From NCBI GenBank assembly GCA_964010765.1, contig CAXGMD010000071.1, positions 1 to 18,026 on the forward strand: 18,026 bases of DNA, in the 5' to 3' direction. The position numbers and the translations under genes are program-made. Positions 1 to 6,711 of the stretch are shown piece by piece (position 1 is the first letter of the stretch; each line of letters begins with the position of its first letter). The stretch is from an uncultured bacterium (GTDB lineage: Bacteria > SAR324 > NAC60-12). The notes beneath the pieces are model-generated. The model had not been told where the DNA came from. It was given only the letters and a program-made list of their open reading frames with translations, and did no database searches.

Positions 1-765
1 CCACTGTTGTGGATGGTGATCACTGCAATGAAGTCAGGAAGAGAATTGTTCCGACTGCCCCCAAGCCTTGTGCCAGATCTTTTGATGGCCGGAACGCCTT
101 TCGTGAATTTTGCGGCGGTGTTTGACAAAGCAGGTTTTTTGGGAGCGGTACTGAACTCGATGCTAGTGGCCACTCTGGCAGCAGTTGGACAGTTGATCAC
201 CTGTTCAATGGCGGGATTTGTCTTTGCGAATCTACGTAACCGAGTTTTCACAGCGATTTATGTACTTTTGCTGGGCACCATGTTCTTTCCGACTGAAGTA
301 ACCCTGATACCAGAGTTCCTGCTTTTTCGGCAACTCGGATGGCTGGATACTTTGCTGCCGCTGATCGTACCCTCCTTTTTCGTCGGAGCCTTCGGCACCC
401 TGATGATGACCGAGTTCTTCAAGAGCATCCCTTTTGAAATCGAAGAAGCTGCCATTCTAGACGGAGCAAGCCCCTTTGGCATCTTCAAGGATATCTATCT
501 GCCTTTTGGTGCCCCTGCCCTGGCAAGTCTCTTTCTGGTCGCCTTCATTGCCAACTGGGATGAAGTCTTGCGACCGGTGATCTTCAATAGTTCTCCAGAG
601 GTGAGAACCCTCCCTCAATTTCTTTTAGATTTTGTGGGGCAGTATGAATCACAGTGGACGGTCTTGCTGGCTGGATCTTTCTTGGCGACCTTACCGTTGA
701 TCATGATCTACATTGGTTGCCAAAAATGGGTGGTTGCTGGCTTCGCGAGATCTAGCCTAAAGTAA
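1..765 (+). CDS. Carbohydrate ABC transporter permease (MalG/UgpE-like), 5'-truncated by the window edge
   Basis: Frame is open from base 1 (PLLWMVITAMK...). Multiple hydrophobic helices, EAA loop (FFKSIPFEIEEAAILDGAS), typical C-terminus (W..LLAGS.LATLP...QKW.V.G). Stop TAA at 763-765. Confidence 0.9.
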   Translation, partial: PLLWMVITAMKSGRELFRLPPSLVPDLLMAGTPFVNFAAVFDKAGFLGAVLNSMLVATLAAVGQLITCSMAGFVFANLRNRVFTAIYVLLLGTMFFPTEVTLIPEFLLFRQLGWLDTLLPLIVPSFFVGAFGTLMMTEFFKSIPFEIEEAAILDGASPFGIFKDIYLPFGAPALASLFLVAFIANWDEVLRPVIFNSSPEVRTLPQFLLDFVGQYESQWTVLLAGSFLATLPLIMIYIGCQKWVVAGFARSSLK

Positions 766-768
766 ACC

Positions 769-1653
769 TCAATCAAACAATGGGCTTGCAAACTCTACCC
801 AGTAGGGTTGGTGGTCTGATGCCACGGCCTCACTATCAATCCATGCCCTTACAACTTTCCGAGATAGTTTGGCAGTCGCAAAAACATAATCAATACGCAG
901 CCCAGTTCCTGTATTGAAGTCTCGAATCAAGGACACGCCATCTTCTTCTTTATTCCCGGCTACAACCCAGGTATCTGCCAAGCCATCAATCGTCAGTAGT
1001 CTGGAACTTGGATCATGGGGATGAGGTGTTCCCACAAGCGCTTCATACTCTGGGCTTCCGGGCTTTAAATTAAAGTCACCAAAAAAGAGAGCATCGAACG
1101 GCACCTCGTGTTCATCAATCCCCTCCGACCAGTCTTGCCCTGCCGAACCAGAAATCACAGAACCTTCGAAGGGTGCTTCCAGGAGGTGCTGCTTCAATTG
1201 TTCGATTTGTTTTAAACGCAGCACGGGAGAGAGGTGATGAAGATGCGTACAGTAGGCGCGAAGTGGACCATCGGGTGTGATGATTACTGTTTCCAACAAT
1301 CCCAGTTGTACTGAGAGGTGATTGGCTCCCCCCAATCTCGGGGTGTAGAGCAAATTTCTCGATTGGACGATAGGCCAGCGGGAAACAATCATATTGCCAA
1401 ACTGACGCCGCTTATTCCCCCTAGGATGATGTCGTGACAGTGCATCCACTGTTGGCCCATATACCCAGAAGTAATCTGAGAAACCATCCCCTAGGACTTG
1501 TGGCTGATCGATAAAACCCGTCCGTGCTGCCGCCTTATCGACTTCTTGAAAGCCAATAATATCAGCTTCCTGAACTGCCTCGACGACTCGTTGGGGATCA
1601 ATTTTGCCATCACGCCCCTTGCAGTACTGAATATTGTATGAAACGACTCTCAT
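769..1653 (-). CDS. Endonuclease/exonuclease/phosphatase (EEP) family metal-dependent phosphoesterase, 294 aa
   Basis: Motifs SYNIQ, FQEVD, HLHH, GDFN, RIDYVF, SDHQP. Start moved from 1731 to ATG 1653 (MRVVSYNIQ), which has AGGAG 9 nt upstream on the minus strand and matches the family N-terminus. Confidence 0.88.
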   Translation of the reverse strand: MRVVSYNIQYCKGRDGKIDPQRVVEAVQEADIIGFQEVDKAAARTGFIDQPQVLGDGFSDYFWVYGPTVDALSRHHPRGNKRRQFGNMIVSRWPIVQSRNLLYTPRLGGANHLSVQLGLLETVIITPDGPLRAYCTHLHHLSPVLRLKQIEQLKQHLLEAPFEGSVISGSAGQDWSEGIDEHEVPFDALFFGDFNLKPGSPEYEALVGTPHPHDPSSRLLTIDGLADTWVVAGNKEEDGVSLIRDFNTGTGLRIDYVFATAKLSRKVVRAWIDSEAVASDHQPYWVEFASPLFD

Positions 1654-1759
1654 GCTCTGAATCTCCTGATCACGGGGAATTGTTATGCATTGAAAGAAAC
1701 TTACTAACCATCGAACAATCGTGTTAGCCAATTTTTAAAGTCCAGTAAAAAACTACATT

Positions 1760-1792
1760 CCTAATATGCCCCTAACTTTTACTGGTTACTGA
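1760..1792 (+). promoter_or_regulatory. Candidate Pho-box-like promoter (two 11-bp-phased repeats plus weak -10) facing the non-coding region
   Basis: CCTAATA-TGCC-CCTAACT (1760-1777), 9 nt, TACTGA (1787-1792). Same spacing as the other sites, but only two repeats and an imperfect -10. Confidence 0.4.
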
Positions 1793-1794
1793 AT

Positions 1795-2076
1795 AGTTCA
1801 GCCAAAGCAATAGAGCTACTGTTCTGAAGTGAGCTTACGCTGATGCGGCTGTAGGCAATCGTTAATTCTAGTGTCTTTCCGCTGCGGTTGCCTTATGACT
1901 CTCTTTTAGGACAAGTTGAGGACTTGGGGGTCTCCATTTGTCCTATCCCTTCCCAATTACACATCTCTCATTTCCGCCCCGTAACTCCGATTCCAAATTT
2001 GTGACTACGCATGATCACTCACGGCCAAGCTGTCCGCAACCCTCTTAGTCACAGCAGCCCTCAGTTTTTGAGTTTT
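1795..2076 (+). ncRNA. Candidate structured small RNA, family unknown
   Basis: No ORF of 60 aa or more. Stems 1853-1861/1885-1893, 1907-1915/1937-1945, 2000-2007/2046-2053, with G-U pairs valid only on the + strand. C/U-rich linker at 1946-1999 and a weak hairpin plus T-run at 2060-2076. Boundaries are approximate. Confidence 0.35.
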
Positions 2077-2084
2077 GTGCTCTT

Positions 2085-2128
2085 CCTAACATTTTACCAA
2101 TCGTTTCCCAACATTGTGTAAATAGAAT
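2085..2128 (+). promoter_or_regulatory. Pho-box-like promoter of the acyltransferase
   Basis: CCTAACA-TTTT-ACCAATC-GTTT-CCCAACA (2085-2113, 11-bp period), 9 nt, TAGAAT (2123-2128). Confidence 0.6.
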
Positions 2129-2161
2129 GGTGGCTCACACCACTATAAACAATGGAAAACA

Positions 2162-3061
2162 ATGGTAAATAGCATTGAAAATATGGATACCTTTACCTTT
2201 ATTGAAGGTGAAGTGAGTTGGATGGAACGAGTATCGATTCGACTGGTGGAAGATTTGTCAGGAAAAAAAGAAATTGCTAAACGCTATCAAAGAGTTGTGG
2301 ACGATCAGACGCCTGAGAAAAGTTTCTGGCAGCGAGCCGTGGAGCAGCTAGACCTTGAAGTTCTGGTCAATGGGTTATCCCCAGCAGAAATTCCCCAAGG
2401 GCCTCTTTTGATAGTGGCTAACCATCCTTTTGGTCAAGTAGATGGGGTTGTCTTGTCACACCTGATCGAGACGTTTCGGCCGGACTATCGTGTGGTTGCT
2501 TGGGAAATTCTCAATGCATCTGATCAGCTTGCCGATGTGGTGCTGCCGATTTGCTTCAAAGAAGATTACAGCGCTAAGAGAAACAACCTGGCGACGATGC
2601 GACTAACGATTGATACGCTTCAGCAGGGTAAAACGGTGATCTTGTTTCCTGCAGGGATGACATCAACAAGTCCAACTTGGTTTGGAACCGCAGTAGATCC
2701 ACCTTGGCAGAAGTTTCTCTCCAAGCTGATTTTGAAGACCAACCCTACTATTTTGCCGGTTTATTTTCATGGACAAAACAGTCGTCTTTTTCAGATCGCC
2801 AGTCACCTGAACTACCACCTGAAATTGAGCCTGTTTTTTTACGAAATGAGAAGGATGATTGGGCAGGAGATTCGTGTTTCAATCGGTCAGCCTCAGCAGA
2901 ATCTTTTGGAAGTTTTTGGACGAGACGAGAGCCAAATCATTAGTCATCTGTACCAGTCGACGATGAGTCTTCGACAGTTGCGGGCAGATCCATTCCATCC
3001 ATTTTCAGCAGATTACTACCGACAGTCTCAGCTGCCAAAGGATTTTGAAAAGGTTGCTTGA
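2162..3061 (+). CDS. Lysophospholipid/glycerol acyltransferase (LPLAT superfamily; resembles the O-acyltransferase domain of OlsF-type proteins)
   Basis: Catalytic HX4D motif in VANHPFGQVDG, LFPAG block, ILPVYFHGQNSRLFQ. The start could alternatively be ATG 2183. Confidence 0.85.
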   Translation: MVNSIENMDTFTFIEGEVSWMERVSIRLVEDLSGKKEIAKRYQRVVDDQTPEKSFWQRAVEQLDLEVLVNGLSPAEIPQGPLLIVANHPFGQVDGVVLSHLIETFRPDYRVVAWEILNASDQLADVVLPICFKEDYSAKRNNLATMRLTIDTLQQGKTVILFPAGMTSTSPTWFGTAVDPPWQKFLSKLILKTNPTILPVYFHGQNSRLFQIASHLNYHLKLSLFFYEMRRMIGQEIRVSIGQPQQNLLEVFGRDESQIISHLYQSTMSLRQLRADPFHPFSADYYRQSQLPKDFEKVA

Positions 3062-3076
3062 TTACCTTGAAGGCTT

Positions 3077-3205
3077 GTGGACACGCTTCTGAACATCATT
3101 TTGGTAGCAGTATTATTCGTTTCTGGCCTAAGGGAAGTCAGAACTGCAACGAAGTCCGCACGCCTCGTTGATAAGCAGACCAACCTGAGAAAATACCCAA
3201 GATAA
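3077..3205 (+). CDS. Possible 42-aa single-pass membrane peptide (MDTLLNIILVAVLFVSGLREVRTATKSARLVDKQTNLRKYPR)
   Basis: GTG at 3077, 15 nt after the acyltransferase stop, with GAAGG only 3 nt upstream (short spacing). Hydrophobic N-terminal segment followed by a basic tail; TAA at 3203-3205. Below the ORF-track cutoff. Confidence 0.3.
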   Translation: MDTLLNIILVAVLFVSGLREVRTATKSARLVDKQTNLRKYPR

Positions 3206-3494
3206 CTCTGGTTGTTAACAGGATTAACGCCGTCCCCCACTCTGGGTAAGCAACTTTCTAAGCAAATACAGACGAAAAATCTTGGACAAGAACCCAACTA
3301 GTATTATTCGAAGCAAATGTTCAGCAAAAGATTTGTGGAAACCATGGTGGTGGAACTGTTTTTCAAAGGGCCTACACTCGCAGATTGTTTACCAAAAAAG
3401 CAGCTATCTTAAGCGCTCATCAAGTTTGGCAAATGTGGCCCGGATCAAACCTTGGATATGTCACTGGCTAATCAATTAAGAGGTGTTAGAAAAT

Positions 3495-3538
3495 CAAAAC
3501 AATTTTCTTATCCAATCTAAATACTCCGTTTCTATTTT
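3495..3538 (+). promoter_or_regulatory. Degenerate Pho-box-like promoter of the 704-aa phosphatase
   Basis: CAAAACA-ATTT-TCTTATC-CAAT-CTAAATA (3495-3523), 9 nt, TATTTT (3533-3538). Repeats are degenerate, but the spacing matches the other sites. Confidence 0.4.
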
Positions 3539-3544
3539 GCTTGT

Positions 3545-3670
3545 GTTCACTGGAGATTGTGTTTTGAGGTAAGGAAACACCCCAGTTCCTCCCTAGGGAC
3601 ACCTGATCTCTTCACAATCTCCCCCCTCACCCAGATTTTCTGGTAACTAACGAATAGTAGAACTTAGATT
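3545..3670 (+). promoter_or_regulatory. Structured 5' leader with alternative pairings
   Basis: Perfect 10-bp pair GGAGATTGTG (3552-3561)/CACAATCTCC (3613-3622). Competing pairs ACTGG (3549-3553)/CCAGT (3582-3586) and GTGTTT (3559-3564)/AAACAC (3575-3580). Hairpin CCAGA-TTT-TCTGG at 3631-3643. Confidence 0.4.
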
Positions 3671-5785
3671 ATGAGTCGAACATCTCGAACAGCGATCTGG
3701 ATGGCCACCCTGCTATTCGGTTCAACCACTCTGGTCTATGCCGGAGGACATGAAAAAATGACGATTGGTGAAGTTACTGCCCTAATTGCCGAAGCGAGTA
3801 CCGCCGATGAACCTAGTGAATTGCAGGACGGGAAGAGTGGAGACACCAACTTTCCGTTCGTCGGTAACATGAAGGCCATTGCGACCGTGGGCGAAGTGGA
3901 CAAGATGACCGGCAAGGCCCTGACAGGTTATCCCGATGGACAGGCCGCCTGGTTACAGGACGATGACACTGTGCGAGTCGCCTATCAGTCCGAATCTTAT
4001 GCAACGATGGGCAAACAAACCTACGGATGGCAAATGAAAAGTGGGGTCGTCTTCACCGGTTCCCACATTCACTGGATTGATTACAACCGAAACCAATTTG
4101 CAAACTTCCTGAACAACACTAACCCCGCCAGTACCATGGTAGAAGGTTCCGGTCACTTGTTTCACACCATCTACAACCAGTTTGGTGAAGTGGTTCAACC
4201 CAGAGCGCAGGGTGGTACGTGGGGCAATCAGACTCTACCCAACGGGACCGTGGTGGACTTCAACGATGACCACAAACTGACAGAGGGCGACTTCTTCTTT
4301 CAATCCTTCTGTGGAGCTTTCTACGAGCCAACGCATAAGTATGGCAAAGGGATTGGACTGGAAGATGATGTTTGGTTCACTGCTGAGGAATGGAACATCC
4401 AACGAATGTTTGAAGGAACAGGTGTTGACACCAACGACACACTAGGTCTTGCCTCCGTGGTTGTCGATATCGCCAATGAGACGGCCTATACCGTACCCGC
4501 TCTGGGACAGTCTGGCTACGAGAAGATCATGCCAATCAATCCAGGCCACTCCGATTATGTTTTGATGGTGCTGGCAGGTTACAATCATGGCGTGGAGCCA
4601 GCTCCTCTGAAGCTTTATGTCGGTAAGAAGGGTGTTGATGCCAACAATCAGAAAGTCGATCAAAATGGAAGCGCCTCACAACGCGACAAATTTCTTGCTC
4701 GCAACGGTCTACTGTACGGCAAGATCTATGGGATGGCCCTGGAAAATCGTGGCTTTGCCAAGCTGGGTATTCGGAAGATCGATACCTCTGAGAAGATGCT
4801 TGATAACTACCTGATCAACCCACACGCTCCAGATCACTTCCAGGTTAAGTTTGTTCCAACCAGCTATCAGTGGAAAGGTTGGGATCAGCCAGTTTCAGTG
4901 GGTAACACCGAGATCAATCGCTGGCAGATGGCAAGTGAGCAGCCTGCAGGACACACCTTCTTCGTTGGAGATTCCAAGACAGAACATCCAGCTGTTGACC
5001 CAGACATCACCAAGCAACGTTATGTTCAGAACATGACCCAAGAAGGTGGAATTCTGGGAGTTGAATTGACAGATTTTGTCAAGCAATTGGAGATGGCCAA
5101 CGGTGATTTGCCAACCCTATTTTCTGCTGATGTTACACGTGTAGTGGCTGCTGTAGATGGAGCATTGACTTTGGAAACAGGTGGCAAAGGCATTAAGCAT
5201 GGCGGCGAAGGGACAGCGGCTACCTGGGAAGATGGTCAGGCAAAGATCGTTGCCAATGACGGCTTGATGTGGGTCAAGACTGCAGATGCAGATGTGCTGA
5301 TTGTTGACGAAGATTCAGGCAATGATCTGGGTGAGCGAAAATTCGCTTTGATGCTTGATCCAGAGACACTGGATTTGACAGAAGCCGGCAAGGGTTACTT
5401 CCTGGCTATGGCGGGCGGCGGAGAAAGCCCCCGAGCTGCTGCCAAGGCGGCTGCTTATCCTGGAACCTTCGCCAAGCCCTACTCTTCTGAGTTCTCTGGT
5501 ACTTGGAACATCTCTGCCCTGGTAGCCCGTAAAAGCAACGGAAGCTTTTACAGCAAAGCTGAACTGGCTGGCACGGGGCAGCAAGAGGTCAATGGCTCAC
5601 TTTCTCTCAGCCAGACCACCTTGTTAGGTGTAGTACAGCACAGAAGTGAATCTGGTGGAGCGGTGGAAGCTAATAAGTCAGATCGTGGTGGTCAGATCTT
5701 TATCTTCAATTTAGAATTGCCTTCCGAATCTCTAATGGGTTCTGTAGAGAGCCTAGAAAAAGCTGGCCAATTGACTTCCCGCTGA
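3671..5785 (+). CDS. Secreted atypical alkaline phosphatase with PhoX-like metal-ligand motifs (probably the PhoA-aty type of marine plankton), 704 aa
   Basis: Sec-type signal peptide (..STTLVYA|GGH). Ordered motifs PDG, QSESY, SFCG, TAEEW, GYEK, KTEHP, ANDGL, VDEDSG, SEFSG, VQH parallel the PhoX Fe/Ca ligand motifs. Phosphorus-starvation gene context. The family call is by motif recall, not a search. Confidence 0.7.
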   Translation: MSRTSRTAIWMATLLFGSTTLVYAGGHEKMTIGEVTALIAEASTADEPSELQDGKSGDTNFPFVGNMKAIATVGEVDKMTGKALTGYPDGQAAWLQDDDTVRVAYQSESYATMGKQTYGWQMKSGVVFTGSHIHWIDYNRNQFANFLNNTNPASTMVEGSGHLFHTIYNQFGEVVQPRAQGGTWGNQTLPNGTVVDFNDDHKLTEGDFFFQSFCGAFYEPTHKYGKGIGLEDDVWFTAEEWNIQRMFEGTGVDTNDTLGLASVVVDIANETAYTVPALGQSGYEKIMPINPGHSDYVLMVLAGYNHGVEPAPLKLYVGKKGVDANNQKVDQNGSASQRDKFLARNGLLYGKIYGMALENRGFAKLGIRKIDTSEKMLDNYLINPHAPDHFQVKFVPTSYQWKGWDQPVSVGNTEINRWQMASEQPAGHTFFVGDSKTEHPAVDPDITKQRYVQNMTQEGGILGVELTDFVKQLEMANGDLPTLFSADVTRVVAAVDGALTLETGGKGIKHGGEGTAATWEDGQAKIVANDGLMWVKTADADVLIVDEDSGNDLGERKFALMLDPETLDLTEAGKGYFLAMAGGGESPRAAAKAAAYPGTFAKPYSSEFSGTWNISALVARKSNGSFYSKAELAGTGQQEVNGSLSLSQTTLLGVVQHRSESGGAVEANKSDRGGQIFIFNLELPSESLMGSVESLEKAGQLTSR

Positions 5786-5800
5786 TTCAATTCTCACTCC

Positions 5801-5836
5801 ATTTTGGCTGAGAATTTCTGAGCCAAAATACTTTTT
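5801..5836 (+). terminator. Hairpin plus T-tract after the phosphatase gene, likely intrinsic terminator
   Basis: ATTTTGGCT (5801-5809)/AGCCAAAAT (5821-5829) followed by ACTTTTT, 15 nt after the stop. Confidence 0.6.
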
Positions 5837-5837
5837 A

Positions 5838-5867
5838 AGAGGCTTCCCCGATCACTGGGGAGCCTCT
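5838..5867. terminator. Second GC-rich hairpin between the convergent genes
   Basis: AGAGGCT-T-CCCCG / TGGGG-AGCCTCT with loop ATCAC. No immediate T-run on either side, so the direction is unclear. Confidence 0.5.
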
Positions 5868-5934
5868 GCTTCCGACTTTTTCCTACTCAAAAAATCATTT
5901 CATAGTTAGATTGAAACCCATTTATTTATTGTCT

Positions 5935-5978
5935 TTGTTAGGTTTCTGTTAGGTTTCTGTTAGTTTTAGGTTAACAGA
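5935..5978 (-). repeat. Four-unit 11-bp tandem array, Pho-box-like, orphan
   Basis: + strand: TTGTTAGGTTT CTGTTAGGTTT CTGTTAGTTTT AGGTTAACAGA (GTTA at 5937, 5948, 5959, 5970). Minus strand reads GTTAACC-TAAA-ACTAACA-GAAA-CCTAACA-GAAA-CCTAACA. Confidence 0.75.
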
Positions 5979-6086
5979 ACTCAAAAGTTTTCCTTTTGCG
6001 CTTTATTCAGTAATCTCAAGAAGTCTTACTAAACTAAATTCCTAAATTCAAATTTCAACCAAACTTCTTTGTTTCTTTTGCTTCCT

Positions 6087-6629
6087 CTATCTGAGTAACA
6101 GTCCAGTCAGGGTGTTGTGATAGTGCGTTAATTCTGGAGTGTTTGCGTCAGGCCGCTTTGCCAGATCATCATACCTACGCAGCCGAACTGCTTCTTCCGC
6201 AAAGGGTCGTGCTGAGAATTCCACCAACTCTTCAGGATTCATTGGTCCACCCTGTAACTGAAGACTGAGAACCGAGGCAGGAGAGAGTTGGTCAAAGTAG
6301 CCGAGTTCAGTGGCGCAGAGATAGCGCTTTGCTGCTACATGCCAGCGAATTGGCTCCGTCACACTCGGTGGGAACCATTTCTCCAATGCATTGGCACCTA
6401 CCGTTTCATGATCGGCATCGACTCCCTGCTCCGCAATGTTTTCCCCAAGACCATGGACTAGGTGTCCATAATCATGGAGCAAAGCAGCAGCGATCATGGA
6501 TTCATTCTCACCAGCTTTTTGTGCCAAATAAGCTGTTTGGAGAGCATGTGCTAGTTCTGTTACACCTTCTCCATAATGTAAATTTCCATATTGGTTGTAC
6601 GGTTCTAACAAATCATTTAAATGAATCAT
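6087..6629 (-). CDS. phnZ: HD-domain di-iron oxygenase of the PhnZ/TmpB family (phosphonate degradation associated)
   Basis: YGEGVTELAHALQ, AALLHDYGH, HE.VGA, HVAAKRYL, LS.AS..SL.LQGGPM, LRRYDDLAK: the metal ligands and phosphonate-binding residues characteristic of PhnZ. Adjacent to phnG. Exact substrate unknown. Confidence 0.85.
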   Translation of the reverse strand: MIHLNDLLEPYNQYGNLHYGEGVTELAHALQTAYLAQKAGENESMIAAALLHDYGHLVHGLGENIAEQGVDADHETVGANALEKWFPPSVTEPIRWHVAAKRYLCATELGYFDQLSPASVLSLQLQGGPMNPEELVEFSARPFAEEAVRLRRYDDLAKRPDANTPELTHYHNTLTGLLLR

Positions 6630-6711
6630 AATTTTATGCTCGGTGGTAGTTTTTAAAAATTTAAAGAATCTTTTCCAATATCCTTAAAAATCTAGTTAAT
6701 CCCCAAGATAG

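Noticed and set aside
1875..2040. Multiple GGA motifs on the minus strand suggesting a CsrB/Rsm-type sponge RNA
   Set aside because: The GGAs are mostly not in short hairpin loops, and the G-U pairing pattern favours the + strand; they are the complement of the C/U-rich tract.
1972..2042. GCCCCGTAACT and TGTCCGCAAC resembling the cobalamin riboswitch GCCCCCGCAACTGT element
   Set aside because: The upstream GGGAA/CGGTG core and B12 box are absent, and the gene context is unrelated.
3028..3479. ORFs 3028-3297 (-, contains VGDGVN like the P-type ATPase hinge) and 3282-3479 (+)
   Set aside because: Only a short motif match without the following D or flanking conservation; TTG starts with no clear RBS. 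A decayed gene cannot be excluded without blastx.
5935..5978. Tandem array as a CRISPR or iteron origin
   Set aside because: Units are 11 bp with no unique spacers, and there are no cas or rep genes; the unit matches the promoter motif seen elsewhere.
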